Assembly (NCBI GenBank): GCA_012295275.1
Contig: CM022672.1
Location: 15,314,001 to 15,378,000, forward strand
Reading direction: 5' to 3'
Length of the DNA: 64,000 nucleotides
Origin: Chrysomallon squamiferum
Lineage: Eukaryota; Animalia; Mollusca
The translations under genes were made by a program, and so were the position numbers. Shown one piece after another: positions 35,906-50,175 of the stretch; position 1 is the first letter of the stretch, and each line of letters opens with the position of its first letter. The notes below the pieces were generated by a model. That model searched no databases. It was not told where the DNA came from and saw only the letters and a program-made list of their open reading frames with translations.

Positions 35906-36419
35906 CTGAAAGTAGACAGGTGAAAATGTATGTAAAGAGATTTAAAGCACGAATATTTCCTATGAATGAGGACCAGTTACATACAGTCTTATCACAGTTT
36001 AAAGTTCAAGCAGTTAATATTATGAACCTCGAGAACATAATATGAATTCTTCAGTAGATGTAATATCTTGATATTTAACAGAATGTGCAGTATATTGTAC
36101 CCATGTTTTCTTCAGTCTAATAGGATGATGACATGGTGCTGTTTATTTTTATCACACATTAAACGTTAGTCATTAAACTGTAATAGCCAGTCTGGTAGTG
36201 AAAAGTATGAATCAGCATCAGTTATTTATGGTGTCAGTGTTTTCAGCCCAAACAGCCTTTTAAACTGTTATTAATATTTCCTCTCTCATCGATTTATAAA
36301 CTCAGAACCTCTTGACATGTTAGTGTTATTCACATAAATGACTAAATTCTATTTCTGCATCTAAAGCCATGCTCACATAATTACGTAATTACAGTGTTTC
36401 TCAGTTCTAGATGAAATAT

Positions 36420-36670
36420 CTGAAATAACACTAATTATATATTTACACTGTTTCTAAATTCTTATGGTGTATCTCGTACAAGTTGTGCATCTCAAACAAA
36501 ATTATCTAGTGATATGTATTATACTGTTTGTGAATTCTCAATGAACATCTCAAAAATAACACTGACTAATTATATAATATACATTATACTGTTTGTGAAT
36601 TCTCAATATACATATCAAAAACAACAGTGACTAGATATTATAATATTATAATGTTTGTAAATTCTGTCTG
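36420..36670. repeat. Degenerate intronic tandem repeat (~60-bp period)
   Basis: Recurrent attatactgtttgtgaattctcaat and aaataacact blocks. Confidence 0.55.
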
Positions 36671-36869
36671 TATGAATATATGTATCTTTTTCATTCCAGC
36701 TGGATATCTCAAAATTGACTAAATATACAAATACATCTATACAATTTCTACTGTATATGTAACTACAAAGAAAATGAATGAATGAATATTTAACACCACA
36801 GTTTAAAAAAAAAAAACATGGGCTTTTGGGTGACTGACTGCAAAGAATTAGAAAGAGATGAGTACTTAC

Positions 36870-36990
36870 AACACAATCACATCATCAAAAGTAATATCTG
36901 TCATGCTTCTGTCAACATTACTAATCATTGAGGTATCATAGATTTCTGTCCCAATTTTCAAAAGACAGAATACAGCATATCTTCTGTAAT
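36870..36990 (-). CDS. RTKN: Rhotekin exon (anillin-homology domain)
   Basis: DYRRYAVFCLLKIGTEIYDTSMISNVDRSMTDITFDDVIVF. 121 nt, phase 1 to 2. Confidence 0.92.
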
Positions 36991-37628
36991 CTTTAAAAAA
37001 AAAAAAAAAAAAAAAAATCCATAAATATATGAAGAAGAAAAAAAATAACAATTATATAAAGTTTTAGTCATTGCAGGCATACTGATAATAATGTCTAAAA
37101 ACCTGTACAGAAACAAAAGATTTAAACATCTTTTTTAAATTCATAACATGAAATCAGTTAGCTTAAATGTTCACAAAGAAATTTATTCATTAATCTTTTA
37201 CATTTCATCAAATTTACCAACAATGCATTTAAAAAAAAATAAAAAAAAAAATAATAATAATAATAATAATAAAAAAATAAATAAATAATAAAATATAATA
37301 ATAAATAATAATAAAACATAATTAAAAAATTAACACCCTTAGTAAATTATTTAGTAATCTTTTATATTTCATCAAACGTAATAAAGCATTTAAAAAAACC
37401 CAATAATAACAAAAAATAAAAAGAGGAAAAAAAGATTATTATAATGAATGACTGAGCTGGTTATTTTATATGACACATCATCAATAATGTAAATGCATCC
37501 AACATGTTATCCCCTTAATTAGATTTTTGTTGAAAATATCGGGTCATTGTTCACAATAAAGTATCCGATTATGAAAGGTTGATTAAAAAAACACAAATAA
37601 AACAGATAACTCTGTCAAACTAACTTAC

Positions 37629-37682
37629 CTCCTTTATTTTTAAAATGGTCACTGTCCTTCCACATCAAAGGAATGCGGAGAT
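37629..37682 (-). CDS. RTKN: Rhotekin exon
   Basis: DLRIPLMWKDSDHFKNKG is nearly identical to vertebrate rhotekin DLRIPLMWKDTEYFKNKG. 54 nt. Confidence 0.95.
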
Positions 37683-38176
37683 CTGTAAAACAAAACTGGT
37701 TTAATTTCCTTTTAAAAGTGTAAAGAATATACACACACTGTTTGAATAAGGTTAAACCATTCCCTGTTATTGTTCCTTTTTGAGTTTTTTTTAAATTAAT
37801 TTATTTATTTTATTCATTGAATTTTAAGATTTTATTTCAGTATAAAAGATTCTATAATGAATGAATATTTTTTACTTGAAACTGTCCAGTGTGTGGATGT
37901 TTGTGTGCATGTGTGCATGTGTGCATGTCTGTGTGTGTGTGCACTTTGCAATGGCCAATTTCAGATATTCATTGCATAATTTTGCTATTGTATTTTTGTA
38001 TATATTAAAATGTTTAACACTGCTGAAATAGTAAATATCAACTTAATTAATAATTTCTCCTTTTCCACAGTACAGATAATAAAAGGTTGCAACTTTACAG
38101 TGTTGGGTCATACATACACTACATACACCAAAGCAAACAGCAGCAGCCAATACAGTATTTTTATTGTTGTACTCAC

Positions 38177-38226
38177 CTGAAACACTGACTCGGGCAGTAC
38201 AAGGCAACTGATTACCCTCTAAAGAC
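38177..38226 (-). CDS. RTKN: Rhotekin exon
   Basis: SLEGNQLPCTARVSVS. ttacag| acceptor and CAG|GTGAGT donor, 50 nt, phase 2 to 1. Confidence 0.9.
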
Positions 38227-38545
38227 CTGTAACACAGAAACATTTTGTAGAATAACAATCATTTTACTACAACTAGGGAAAAAGCTAAATAATAATGATA
38301 ATAATAATGATAATAATGATAATAATAATAATAATAATAATAATAAAGAAAAAAGTAAATATTAAATAAAATATGTAAGAAAAATAATATATAAAAAATA
38401 GAAAATATAAAAAGTAATAAAATCTGTTAAATAAAATAAATAAAGAAAATAAACATACATACACACATATAACAAAAATTTAGCTAATAATCTTGTCACA
38501 ACTATTGTAATATATTATCAGTTTATGTTTCCATTCTTTTAACAG

Positions 38546-38590
<45 letters not shown>

Positions 38591-39514
38591 GTTGCAGTAA
38601 ATAGTAGTAATAACAACAACAATAAAATAATAATTACAAAAAACAGGTTGAAAAAAGTTATTTGTTTAGGAAAAATTCTTTTTGAGTTTCCACCAGTCTT
38701 ATCAGACATAACATAACATAAAATAATAACAAATAAATAAATAAATAAATAAATAAATAAAAATCTTGTTATAAATTCACTTTTAGGGATTCTTAATGTT
38801 TAATAGTAACTATTGAAAATTAATTAGCTAGATGTATGTATGAATGTGTATATGTATGCATGTATATATATATATATATGGATGTATGTATCAGAAACAG
38901 AAGTTAAAACTTTTATGTCATATCTGTAAAATTAACTTCTGCACCTGTAACAAAATTTGAGCAAACCAGCTGAACCAGATAAAACTGATTGCAGGTAAAT
39001 AAAAATTAATGATTTAATCATGTATTATGAACATAACCTTTGAATAGTTAGCTACAAACTGCATAACAAGGTGTGACTAATTAAATACAGAACTCTGACC
39101 ACAGATAAATCATGTTACATAATCCTGTGCAGGTTAATGATTGGAAAGTTAGCTATAAAGTTCATAACAAGGCTTAGCTAATCAAGCAGAACACTGAGAT
39201 CAAAGAAAGGTTTAATAATAATTACATAAAAAGAAATAATTCATGAACATATATCACTGGATGACATCTGGAAAGTTAAGCTGCCATTTTGCAAGGCAAA
39301 ATAAACAGTAAAAGGTGATTACTGAAATGGCTACGTAAAAAGTGTTGAATAAAATTACGTATTTTTGCTGAAGTGTTACATAGCAGGATGTGTCCATGCG
39401 TGCATGTTTGTGTGTGTGTGTGTGTGCATCCGTGCATGCGTGTGTATGTGTGTTTGTGTGTTGTGTGTTGTGTGTGCATGTCTGTGCGTGCTGTGAGAAG
39501 TGAATTAAACATAC

Positions 39515-39708
39515 ACATTTTTCCCCATGACCTCGTCTGTTTTTCGTTTCTGCAGTTCCTGCATGTAAGCGTAGATGCGTGTGTTGGACGTGAGCAGGTT
39601 TTTGGCAGCCTCCAGGAGCTGGGCCGGGTGTTTTGAGGCAGCCAGCAGTTTGGCTGTGCCTTCCCTCATCTTCATCTCATGGTCTATCTTCTGTTTCAGA
39701 TCATGGTC
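39515..39708 (-). CDS. RTKN: Rhotekin exon, HR1 Rho-binding domain
   Basis: DHDLKQKIDHEMKMREGTAKLLAASKHPAQLLEAAKNLLTSNTRIYAYMQELQKRK matches rhotekin HR1 (DTELQRKLDHEIRMREGACKLLAAC...). Phase-0 acceptor, 194 nt. Confidence 0.95.
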
Positions 39709-40610
39709 CTGCAAACAAAAGTATCTTGTTAGTTCGATGCAACTGTAGCACTGTTTATTTATTTACAAACCAAATCAACATCTTTGTGGATACATAAATT
39801 ATCTTTGTTATTCTGCTACTGCTACTGTTACCGTTTCTGCTGTTAGTATTACTACAATGCTACTACTATTATTATCATTGCTATTATTTCATTTAGTTAT
39901 TCATTCATTTTATTATTATCTTCATTTTTTCCAAATTGAATTTTGAATGATCACTGTGAGATTAACATTATTGAAAGACAATAATAATAATAATCTAAAT
40001 AAAGATAATGAAGAAATTATTGTTTTTGTTTTAAATTTGAACTGTATGTGTAACAGAACAAAATAATAGAAAAAATTATTTTTTTTACTATTTATACACA
40101 CAACATTAGGATGAAAGAAATTAAATAATAATAATAATAACAAACATATATACACTTTATATAAAATAAATTAATAATATTAAAATAATAATAGTAATAA
40201 AAAATTTATTATTTACTTATGTTAATAACAATTTCTTAGATGTTCTAAATGCTTAAACAATTTGTATATAATTTGTACATCTATAATATTTAGTATCTAC
40301 AACATAATTATAAACAAAACCTTCAAAGTAAAAATAAAATAGGTAGGTATGTTTCAATGTCTGTATATACGTATGTATGTATATATATGTGAGCACCTAT
40401 TTAAAAAAGGAAACAATCTTGTTAAATTTAGAATACTGTTTTTCAGAAATGAATTCTAATTTCTGTATCCTGTAAGTCAGATTTTCTTAATGAAACAAGG
40501 CTTTACTGAAGTACAGCTGAATGAAACAGAATGATTAATAACCTTTTTAGTAAATATCTGAATTATAACAAACAGTATTTAAAAAATAAATGAAGAAGTC
40601 CAGAAAATAA

Positions 40611-40805
40611 TCATAATGTAAGTAATGATAATAACAATCATCATCATACAAGTAGTCGTAAATAATAATAATAATAATAATAATCATAATGTAAGTAATG
40701 ATAATAACAATAATCATCATACAAGTAGTCGTAATTATAATAATAATAATAATAATAATCATAATAATAATAATCATAATAATAATAATAATCATAATAA
40801 TAAAT
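40611..40805. repeat. Short direct duplication plus (AAT)n tract
   Basis: tcataatgtaagtaatgataataacaa...acaagtagtcgtaa occurs twice, followed by AAT repeats. Confidence 0.8.
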
Positions 40806-40816
40806 AAAAATCCTAC

Positions 40817-40912
40817 CGAAAGAAGAATTTCACGTGTTCTAGGTGATCCACGGAAATTTGACAATATTTCAAAAACTTCATCATCATAATCAACACTGCT
40901 TGTCGACATCAT
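40817..40912 (-). CDS. RTKN: Rhotekin candidate alternative first coding exon (proximal)
   Basis: ATG to TCG|GTAGGA, 32 codons, phase 0: MMSTSSVDYDDEVFEILSNFRGSPRTREILLS. Confidence 0.65.
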
Positions 40913-42581
40913 TATAGAGACTGCACTTGTATGAAAACAATACTAATTTTTACTTTAATTTAGTTGTTCTTTTTCTTTGTTTTTTGACAAAAGTTTGTGC
41001 TGCACAATGCAATGGGTGTTTAATCAAATAACAAAAGGAAGGCTTGTTGATACGACAGTGATAAATATCAACACTTCCTAAGTCATCAGAAGTAAAGGAA
41101 ACACAAAGTCCAGCTGTCCTGAATGTTCAAAAAATCTTGTATTCTCTACCATCAGTGACAATTTCACAACAAACAGCTGATGACCGCAAAATCCACAATG
41201 ACAAATAACAGCAAAAATCTATGAGAAAGGTAAAAGGAAAAACATCTGCTATGAACCAACATTGAAACAATACTGAAATGACTGCAGAGACCTCAGAATA
41301 AAACAAAAATGACTAGAGAAGCACTGGAAACAAACAGAAGATACTAGAGAGGAATCAAAACTAAACAGCAAGGAACTGAAAGAACAACAGCTGCCTGCAA
41401 AGTGTATCCACAGTGTCCTGTTTAGTCAGCAAAGATCTTGTGTTGATGAGCCAGAACCTATTGTGAAACTAATGACAAGTTATTAAACCACAGTTCCCAG
41501 TTGCTTGTCGGTGGTAGAAAGTAAACTTCCCTGTTGGTGATCACTTAAGGCAAATGCTGAAGGCTCCCTTCAGGCTGAAAGGTCAACACTTGGCATTTCA
41601 TCCACACCAAAACAACCCTGAGCTAAGTTTAAAAAGGCAAATAGGTTACTTTCTTTTCTTTGTCAGAAGAAGAAAAGAAGGTCTTAATTAACTTTAGCCA
41701 ATTCACCAAGGTTTGGAAAAACACCAATAGAAAATAAAGTAATAAAAAACACTTTGAAGAAGAGATCCTTTTTGTTGTTTGTTTTAAATACTGTCAATTG
41801 ACAAGAGTTTATGTCACATGCAGAATGTTGAATAATACAGTTGAAACTTACAACCGAAAAAAGATATTAACGTCAAAATTTATGACAAATGTCTGCATAT
41901 TACTGCAGTCAGTATTTATGAAAAAAAAAACAGCTCTTAATGGAGTTCAGAGAACAACAAAAACAAATATAAATCTATTCACAAATCCTGAAGATAATGC
42001 AATTTTTAGTATTAAAAAAAACTTTCTGACTTCTTTAAAATGATATTTATTATAATCCAGTAAGGTCACCTGGAAGTCAATTCAGATTTATTATAGTAAT
42101 TTGAGACAAAATGATTTAAATAATTTTAAAAAAAACAGGATGACAGTTGTTGTCTCAGCAGTGATCACAAGACGAGGCTCATTGATGTCTTTTTACCAGC
42201 ATTCATCAAACAAGTGAAAACCCAGCAGGACCCTGACCAAATCACTGGGTGAAAACACAGAAAAAGCTGACTCACCAAAAATCACATCTTTAATCGACTA
42301 AGTGTTAATCCACAATTAAAACAAAAAGGAAACGTTAGCCACAATTCAGATGACAGTTTTAACATCCAGTATGTATTGAGAATGAAATTTCACTCACAAA
42401 TAAACTTTCCTCTCTTTTTGGTATTGTCAGCTATAAAGGCAAATTATCAATTATCCTTAATCACATTTTTTTTCTACATTTAGAGCAAGCACAGACAATC
42501 TGCAGATTAATTTACAAAGTTAATTCTTTTTGGTTTTTTGTTTCCTAAAAAGCTATTTATCTGCACACAAAATTCTGTCAC

Positions 42582-42767
42582 CTGCACACCAATAGCTGTT
42601 AACTTAATTTCAAAATGATAAAAACAAAACCACAACTGTAATGAACTCTGACACACAAAACTAAGATTGCTGCTGTCAACTGCACACCAATAGTTGTTAA
42701 ATTAATTTCAAAATGAAAAGCAAAAATATCCACAACTGTAATGAACCCTGACACACAAAACTAAGAT
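42582..42767. repeat. Direct repeat, ~87 bp x2
   Basis: ctgcacaccaatag...gacacacaaaactaagat at 42582 and 42680. Confidence 0.85.
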
Positions 42768-44819
42768 CACAATGCTCTGGAGAATTTAAGTGGTGGTCTG
42801 ATACAGATTTTGGTGACTGTCAGTTGCCACAGAGAAGAATGTTGTTCTGGCTGCACCAGCTTCCGACAAGTCATCAGTCATTGAGATCTTTCCTGGTTGA
42901 GATCAACAAACCTGCCTCCATACTGTCACAGTTCATTAGACACAGGCTGATCTGCTGGTGTAAGTGTCTAGTTGAAGCTAACAAGGCCAGCCTGTCGGCA
43001 CAGAGAGATCTCCTCCCAGTCAGTGTAATCCAGTGTAATACTGTAAGCAAGTAAGTGATGTCTGTACGTGGCACTGACAGAAAAAACAAACTCTTCAGTT
43101 TATTTCACTTACAGAACACGTGTGTGTGTGTGTGTGTGTGTGTGAATCTATGAATGAAATGAATGTATGTGTGTGTAAATTTGTCTCTCTGTGTTATGTT
43201 TCAACATCTGCATACATTCATGTATATATGGGTTTGTGTAAAACCGAAAATACTTTTTATGAGTAGTCATAAACCATTTCTCCAAAACTCACACTGATTT
43301 AATTTACTAAACTGTTAATTGGTAAATAAAATTAGAACAGTTTGTCCCAACACATATTAAATAAAGAAACAATATTCTATCATTAATTAAGAAAATATTA
43401 AATAAATATCAGCTTCTTCCACTTATGTAATTAATGTTAGAATCACCATAAAACCAAATACCAAGTATTCAAGACAAATCTCATCTCTCCCATATAAATT
43501 AACATAGCTCATACACATGTAAAATGAAAAGACTGGGATGAGCTTAGTGATCTCCCTGAAGACAATGAAGAGCATTCAACAAGTTATAACACAGCTCGTA
43601 GCAATGAATATTTATGAACAAATTAACACATTTTATGATAAAGGGTTGTTAGTACACAGAATGCACATATTTATTTGTGTCAAGAGGAATCATCAAGGAT
43701 CTTACTTTTCTTTTTCTCACATATCATTTAAATTTCTGCCCTTATAGCAACATGCAGAAAATATTAATTTTACTGAACAGTCCTAAAGGTACACAAAGAA
43801 GATTGATTCTGTAAATTTTCAAACTCAGTCCTGCCCTCAAGCCACTGAGTGAAGTACTCATGAAATGAGGTTATAACAGAAAATAACCAATTTTATTTAG
43901 AAGAAAACAAAAACATCTCCAATTCTAAACTATAACTCAGTACGTTTATTATCTCATCCTACCCCTTGAAAAAGAACCAATTTATCCCCCAAAAAACCCA
44001 ACAGCAACTAAATGATTTTTAAAAATTACAATTCCTCTTCTTTTTTTATCTTTTTTTTTAAATTACCAGTTTCTAAAATCTAGACTATTTCAGGCAATGA
44101 AAGGTTTGTTTCCAAATTACTTCCTATCACCAAGAAAAACACAATTATTATTATTATTATTCTTTTTTAATTTTAAGAAAAGATAACATTATTAGATTCT
44201 AACACCTGCACTACTTTAGACCACTTTTGAGTAACCATCCCCATGGAAACAAAACTTTCCTGAAGCTTTAACATATTATATTTTTGTTACAACATCAAAA
44301 AAGGAAAGATCTTCATTATTTTGATAAAAATACTCAGTTCTGTACTTTTACAAAAATAATGAAGATCTCCATTTCTGCCAAGAGGTTATTCGTAAATATA
44401 ACTGACTTTTTAATTCTTTAAATCTTAAAAAGAGAAAGTTATCAGATCCTAAACTTTACACTACTTCTGGCAAGAAACAATTTCTGTTACATGCTTCCTT
44501 CCTCTAAGGCATTGCACAGAACATCCATGCTTACATGTAAACACATTTTAAAAGCAGATCACTGACCTGTAATTAAAAGAAGGTAACTAATCACAGGTAA
44601 ACATCATTAACTGATGGACTTCTCATCAAAAGACTATGGCACATTATTAATCATTTTACAGTGATACATTAAAATATTTTTTTTTTTTTTTTTTTTTTAA
44701 TTATTAAGTGAAGAAGTTAACAGAGCACAATTCTTAAACATTTTACATTATCTAGATTTAATTACAGGCTGTGACGACAGTTGAAGTAACTATTCTTTAC
44801 ATTATAAAAATCTGAATAC

Positions 44820-45420
44820 TATATTTATATTATCAACATTTCGTTTTTGTCTCAGCAGTGGTATCAGTTTTATAACTTTTCATGTTTACATTATCAACAT
44901 TTCTTTTTATTTTGAGACAACAGTAATACCAATTTTATAACACTGCTGATTATATTTACACTATTTTAGTTGTAACAGTAATAGTAAAACTTGAAATTCT
45001 TAAACTTTACTTGTTTACATTATCAAGATATTTTCTTTGGTGACAACAGTAGCAACAATTTTTAAACTTTAATTTTTTTTTTGATCTGTAGCAACAACAA
45101 TAATATCAATTCAAAAACTTAATTAGATTTAATTATAATTTGTAACAATAGTAGCAATTCCAGAATTTCATGTTTACATTATCTACATTGTAATTATACT
45201 TTATGATGAGAGTAATAACTGCTTTACATATTTATATTTAATTATATTTTGTGACCATAGTAATAACATTTGTAAAATAATAGGTGTTTACATTTTCTAC
45301 ATTTCATTATATTTTGTGACAACACTAATAATAATTACAGAATTTTACATTATCTAAATTTAATTAAACTTTGTGACTGCAATAGCAATGTAAAACTTTA
45401 CATATAAGATTTAATTAATA
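44820..45420. repeat. Old degenerate minisatellite (~55-60-bp period)
   Basis: Recurrent tttacattatc(a/t)ac...gtgacaacagtaat blocks. Confidence 0.55.
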
Positions 45421-48400
45421 TTTGCAACTGTGTTCAGATTTAAAAAATTAAAACATATTCTGTTTATTCAATACATAGTGGATTAAAATTAATGTTAGTC
45501 TTTAAAGTGAATACTACCACCTGTAAAAGTAAACCGTAATCAATCACAATATTTGTCTTATGTGTTACAATTCACCAGATAAAATATAATTCACTGCACA
45601 AAAACCACTTCAGAGGTTATTATTTGAAAAATCTTCTTAATTCTAGCTAATAATATCTAGTTGTTTAAATAAATAAACAAATAAACAAAAGTCATCACAT
45701 AACAATTTAGTTTAACTGAAAACAAACAAGCAATTTATTAACTTACATGATAAATTTTAGAGTGCATAATATTTAAGTAATTTGTTTTGTTAGTACTGTA
45801 TATGATTTAGTGTGTATTAAAACCAGTAATCTTCTGAGTATTTATGGTATATTTACTATAAATTTGAAGAAAAAAAAAAAATAAATAAATAAATAAATAA
45901 GAAAAAAAATAATTGTATATAAATGAAAACAAGACAAGATTAGGATTATGAAATACAGTGCTGTTGAACTGAAGAAATAAAAAACAAAAATAAAATAGTT
46001 TCCCTCAAGGCAGATTTTCAAATTGTGTCACCAAACATCTGTCACTCTGTGTGTATGTTTTTATTTTCTGAATGTACTGAATTTCATTGACATTTGCCTA
46101 AATTTATCAAAACAAAGATAAATCTTGTATTACTTCTTTCTTTCTTTTTTGCATAAATGTTATAAATATGTATTGTCATACTGCTATAAATATGAAGTGA
46201 AATACAAATTAATTAAAAATATTCAGAGAATATTTATCTACAGCAAAATTTTTTTTAAAAAACAATGGAAAAAAAAAGCAGTAATGAAAAAGAAAAAAGA
46301 AGAGTGAAACAGTTAAACTGAGATAGAAAAGTGACATGTATCTAAGTTTATCAATGTTAGTGAGTTATTAAATTACATTTTGTAACAATTATAAATAGAT
46401 AATGTTTAAGTTTGTCATTATCAGTTAGTAAATACTGAAGTTTCAAACAAACATATAAATAAATAAATATCTACATAACATTTATCAGTATCATTGGGTT
46501 ATTAAATATGTAAATAAATAAATATATAAATTTTAAGAAAAAAAAGAAAAGAATGAGAGATAACAAAACACAATTTTTACTCTGTAAATGCATGGTTTAA
46601 TATACCAAAAATTTCATTATCAGACAATAGTGTCTCTTTTCACAACATTAATGAGTAACAGATTGTAGACAGTTACCAAAACATCTGACTAATTAGTCAC
46701 TGGGCTGCTGATAAGTGAGAGGATACTGTGGTCAGATGACTGACCAGAAGTAAATAAGTATTAGCCATGTAATGTGTACACATGTGTGTCAGTACAGCTG
46801 CTTATCTAAGTTATTTCCTCTATGACTCAAACACTTGTTCACTTTGTTAACATAACCTGGTTTTTTTCTTCAAAGTTTGGCCTCTCAACAATAAAAGTCA
46901 CTTTCTCCAGAAAATTTTACTGCATTTTGTTTTACCTTTGCTCATGTAATAAATGACATATTTAATATGTGTGTTATCACTTGATTATTATTATTATACG
47001 TTACAAAGAATACTTCTGAAACTTTTTTTGTATATATAACAAATGTCATCTAAATTGGTTTATGTATGACTGAATGAACATTAGAAACTATTAATAGAAT
47101 ATTGTATCAGAGTATCAGCTGTTACTATGTGTTGAGCTGTTCACTGAAAATGTGTGTGTCAGAGACAGAGAGGTTTTATACATACATTAAGAGTTAAACA
47201 AAATCTGGGCATACTTCTTATTTTCAGATTTACTCTTTTGAAATAATAACAACAACAATAAATTTTGACTGTATTCGTAAAGAAAGAACAAACTAATCCC
47301 AAACAGAAGTTATGAACATTGGAGGCAACAATAAAGCAGTCTTGATGTATTCACAGCAACTTGATTTCTTTGCTATCGGCATATTTTATTACTTCCCTAC
47401 AACCAACACATAATAATAATAATAAGAGTTTTTAAAATGTTGTTCACAAGATTCTAACTGATTTCTTTTCTTTCTTAGTTGAATCTAATAAACAATATTC
47501 ACAGGAAGTCACCATTTTTGACAGTCCCCTGACCTTCCTCCACTCCCTCCAACCCCCTCACACCTTTCCAATCCTTTATGTAAATTACCCAGGTTGTCCG
47601 TAGCCTTGCACAAATGTATTTTTCAACGACACATCCCACAGAAAAAACCAGAAAAACCAGCCACTGAAACACTGAATGCCATGCAGTCCGATAAATCAGC
47701 TGATTATGTGCCAGAAAGTTCTTTTTAGCTAATTTTAAAATAACCATGGCAACAAAAGTCCCGACTAACTAAAACTTGCAAAAGTGGGGCAAACTAGTTT
47801 GTAAGAATTATGAGAAATGCATGTTATCCTCAAGGTGTTTGATATTTTTGATATTTTACTGTTGGATATTAATGGCTATCGTCTGACCTTTGTTCATTCT
47901 GTTCAGTAGCACCAGGCATGTTATTATCGGCCCACTTAATCTGTGTTTACAGTTAATCGCTGGTGTATCACTACTGAAATACCATTATCAGTGGCTCAGC
48001 AGTCAGATCTACAGGCTGCTCTAAGTAACTGCTAACATAACATGTATATTTAGAATGATGCTGGAGTGCTTCACCTTCAAAAAATATATATATATATGTA
48101 TTTTGTTTTTGTTTTTGTTTATTATATTTATTATATTGACAACAGATATGATGTTAAATAAATACACAACTCAAATTATATGTCTTACTATATTCATAAA
48201 ACCAAACAAATGTACCCACATACTTGTGTTCAATATTGCACACCTTGTAACTACAGTAATATCAAAATGTAAATAACAAAAATAGATAGATTATGTGACA
48301 TTCATAATAATTATGTTTCAGTATATATCATTTCCATTAGTTTTTCTGCCACGAGCAAAAAATATAATAATAAAAATTTAAAATAAAATAAAATAAAACA

Positions 48401-48891
48401 CTTAACAATGCATGGGGAACAACTTTTTAAATATCCCTTTCAAAAATGGAAAATATTAAACTGGCTGATTGGGATATAAAACTATGTATTTTACTGATGT
48501 TACACATGGAAAAAATGTCATGAAAACATTAACTGTGAACAAGGACTTACATCATTGTGTAACCTGTAACACTTTCAGAAACATTACCACAGCATGGGAA
48601 ACTATGCCCAAGTGGAGGTATTAAAGAAAGAAAAAAAAAAAAAAAAAAAAATCAATGCACCGTGACCTTAATACAAGTTAGCAAACTTTGGCTGAATCTG
48701 TTAAATGAATAACTTCGGGCTAATAATACTTATAAACATTAACAAAGTTTAAATATAATATTAAAACAAAAGTTATCACAAGTAGCATGGGTTGTCAGAT
48801 ACAGTATTAACACACCATATCAAAACAGTATTATCTAGGTAAGCTTTTTCACGCTGTAGATAAATATGAAAGAAAAAGGTGTATGCTGTAC

Positions 48892-48984
48892 CTGTAAACT
48901 GGATGCCAGCTGCCGATAGTAAAACAAACTCATATCCTCTACAATAATAGGAGGTGAGTTGCCATCGAGATCAGTAACAGCCAT
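48892..48984 (-). CDS. RTKN: Rhotekin alternative first coding exon (conserved short-isoform N-terminus)
   Basis: MAVTDLDGNSPPIIVEDMSLFYYRQLASSLQ|GTACAG, phase 0, with an in-frame stop upstream. Resembles the mammalian rhotekin start MQDRL(H/R)ILEDLNMLYIRQMALSLE. Confidence 0.85.
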
Positions 48985-49314
48985 CTTGACAATCTCAGCT
49001 GATGATTACGGAATGACCAGCTAAACTCAAGTCAGTCTTCTACTACTCCTCAAGGTAAACATTGTGGCTCCATAATCTGTGTGTATGTATTATTACAATA
49101 TACTACCATGCAAGTAGGCAAGTAGGCAGGCAGGCAGTCAGTCACACAGAGGCTCTCTGGGAAACAAACCAATCCCAGAATATCCCAGCACATGCAAGAC
49201 ACGCGGGCAGGTATTTCCCAGACAAGCGGTGTGCAAACAGACTACGTCAGTGAGTCGAATGCTGACTGCACCTTGACAAAACAACAGTGGAAGAGGCAGG
49301 ACACTTGTCACCAA

Positions 49315-49465
49315 GTTCACAACGGATAATATCTAAGCTGGTTTCTTGACAGTTAGTTCACAATGGATATTTTCCGAGCCGGTCAGTTGACAGTTAGTTC
49401 ACAGTGGATGTTATCCGAGTTGGTCAGTTGACATGTAAATTCACAATGGATATTATCTGAGCCTG
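49315..49465. repeat. Tandem repeat, 41-bp unit x ~3.5
   Basis: gttcacaatggatattttccgagccggtcagttgacagtta at 49315, 49356, 49397 and 49439. Confidence 0.85.
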
Positions 49466-49939
49466 TCTGGAGTGCTGTAGGCCTCTTGGTCAACTCAGCA
49501 CCTTCAGCTTTTTTTTTCTTAATAATCATCTACACTTGCCTGACCTGCGACAGCTTTTTAAACAAAACACAATAAAAAAACTTGTTCTGTTTGTTTGATA
49601 ACAATGGAAACCACAACCAGTTGCTCTAGAAGGAGTGGAAAAGAGATTAGTTCTCTCAAACTTTACTTGGTGACATGTGGCTTCAGCTTCACACCATATT
49701 TATTTACTTTCAATCACAGATGTTTCTGGTTTCAGTAAAATATGTCACTGAACTACAACTGTGTGGAAAATTAGCACTGCATTATGAGCTACAATTATCA
49801 TAAAGTGCTAGTGTATAAACTGCTGGTTATGGGAATCAGTGGTGCAGGTCACAGAAGGTCCCAACCATTAACTTGCAAACAAATCAATACATTCTGACCT
49901 TAACAAGTACTAACAAACCTAAATCTGTCTGTAATTGTG

Positions 49940-49984
<45 letters not shown>

Positions 49985-50139
49985 TTGACTGAGCATGACA
50001 TAGCATTTAATTTCAAGTAATATTTTAAGATATTATTATTTATAACCATATAATTTTTTTTTTTTAAATACAGAGACTTCAGAAAGATACAATACCTCAT
50101 AAAATAATTTTTAAAACAATAATAATAATAATATAATAA

Positions 50140-50175
<36 letters not shown>

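Noticed and set aside
39373-39636. Plus-strand and other short ORFs built on GT/CA, AAT, CT and CAG microsatellites (also 40625-40889, 58876-59079, 59310-59576)
   Set aside because: These are translations of simple repeats or the antisense of the HR1 exon.
30645-39708. Calling the minus-strand gene anillin
   Set aside because: It shares the anillin-homology and PH domains, but the N-terminal HR1, the DLRIPLMWKD motif, the short leader and the ~480-aa size indicate rhotekin.
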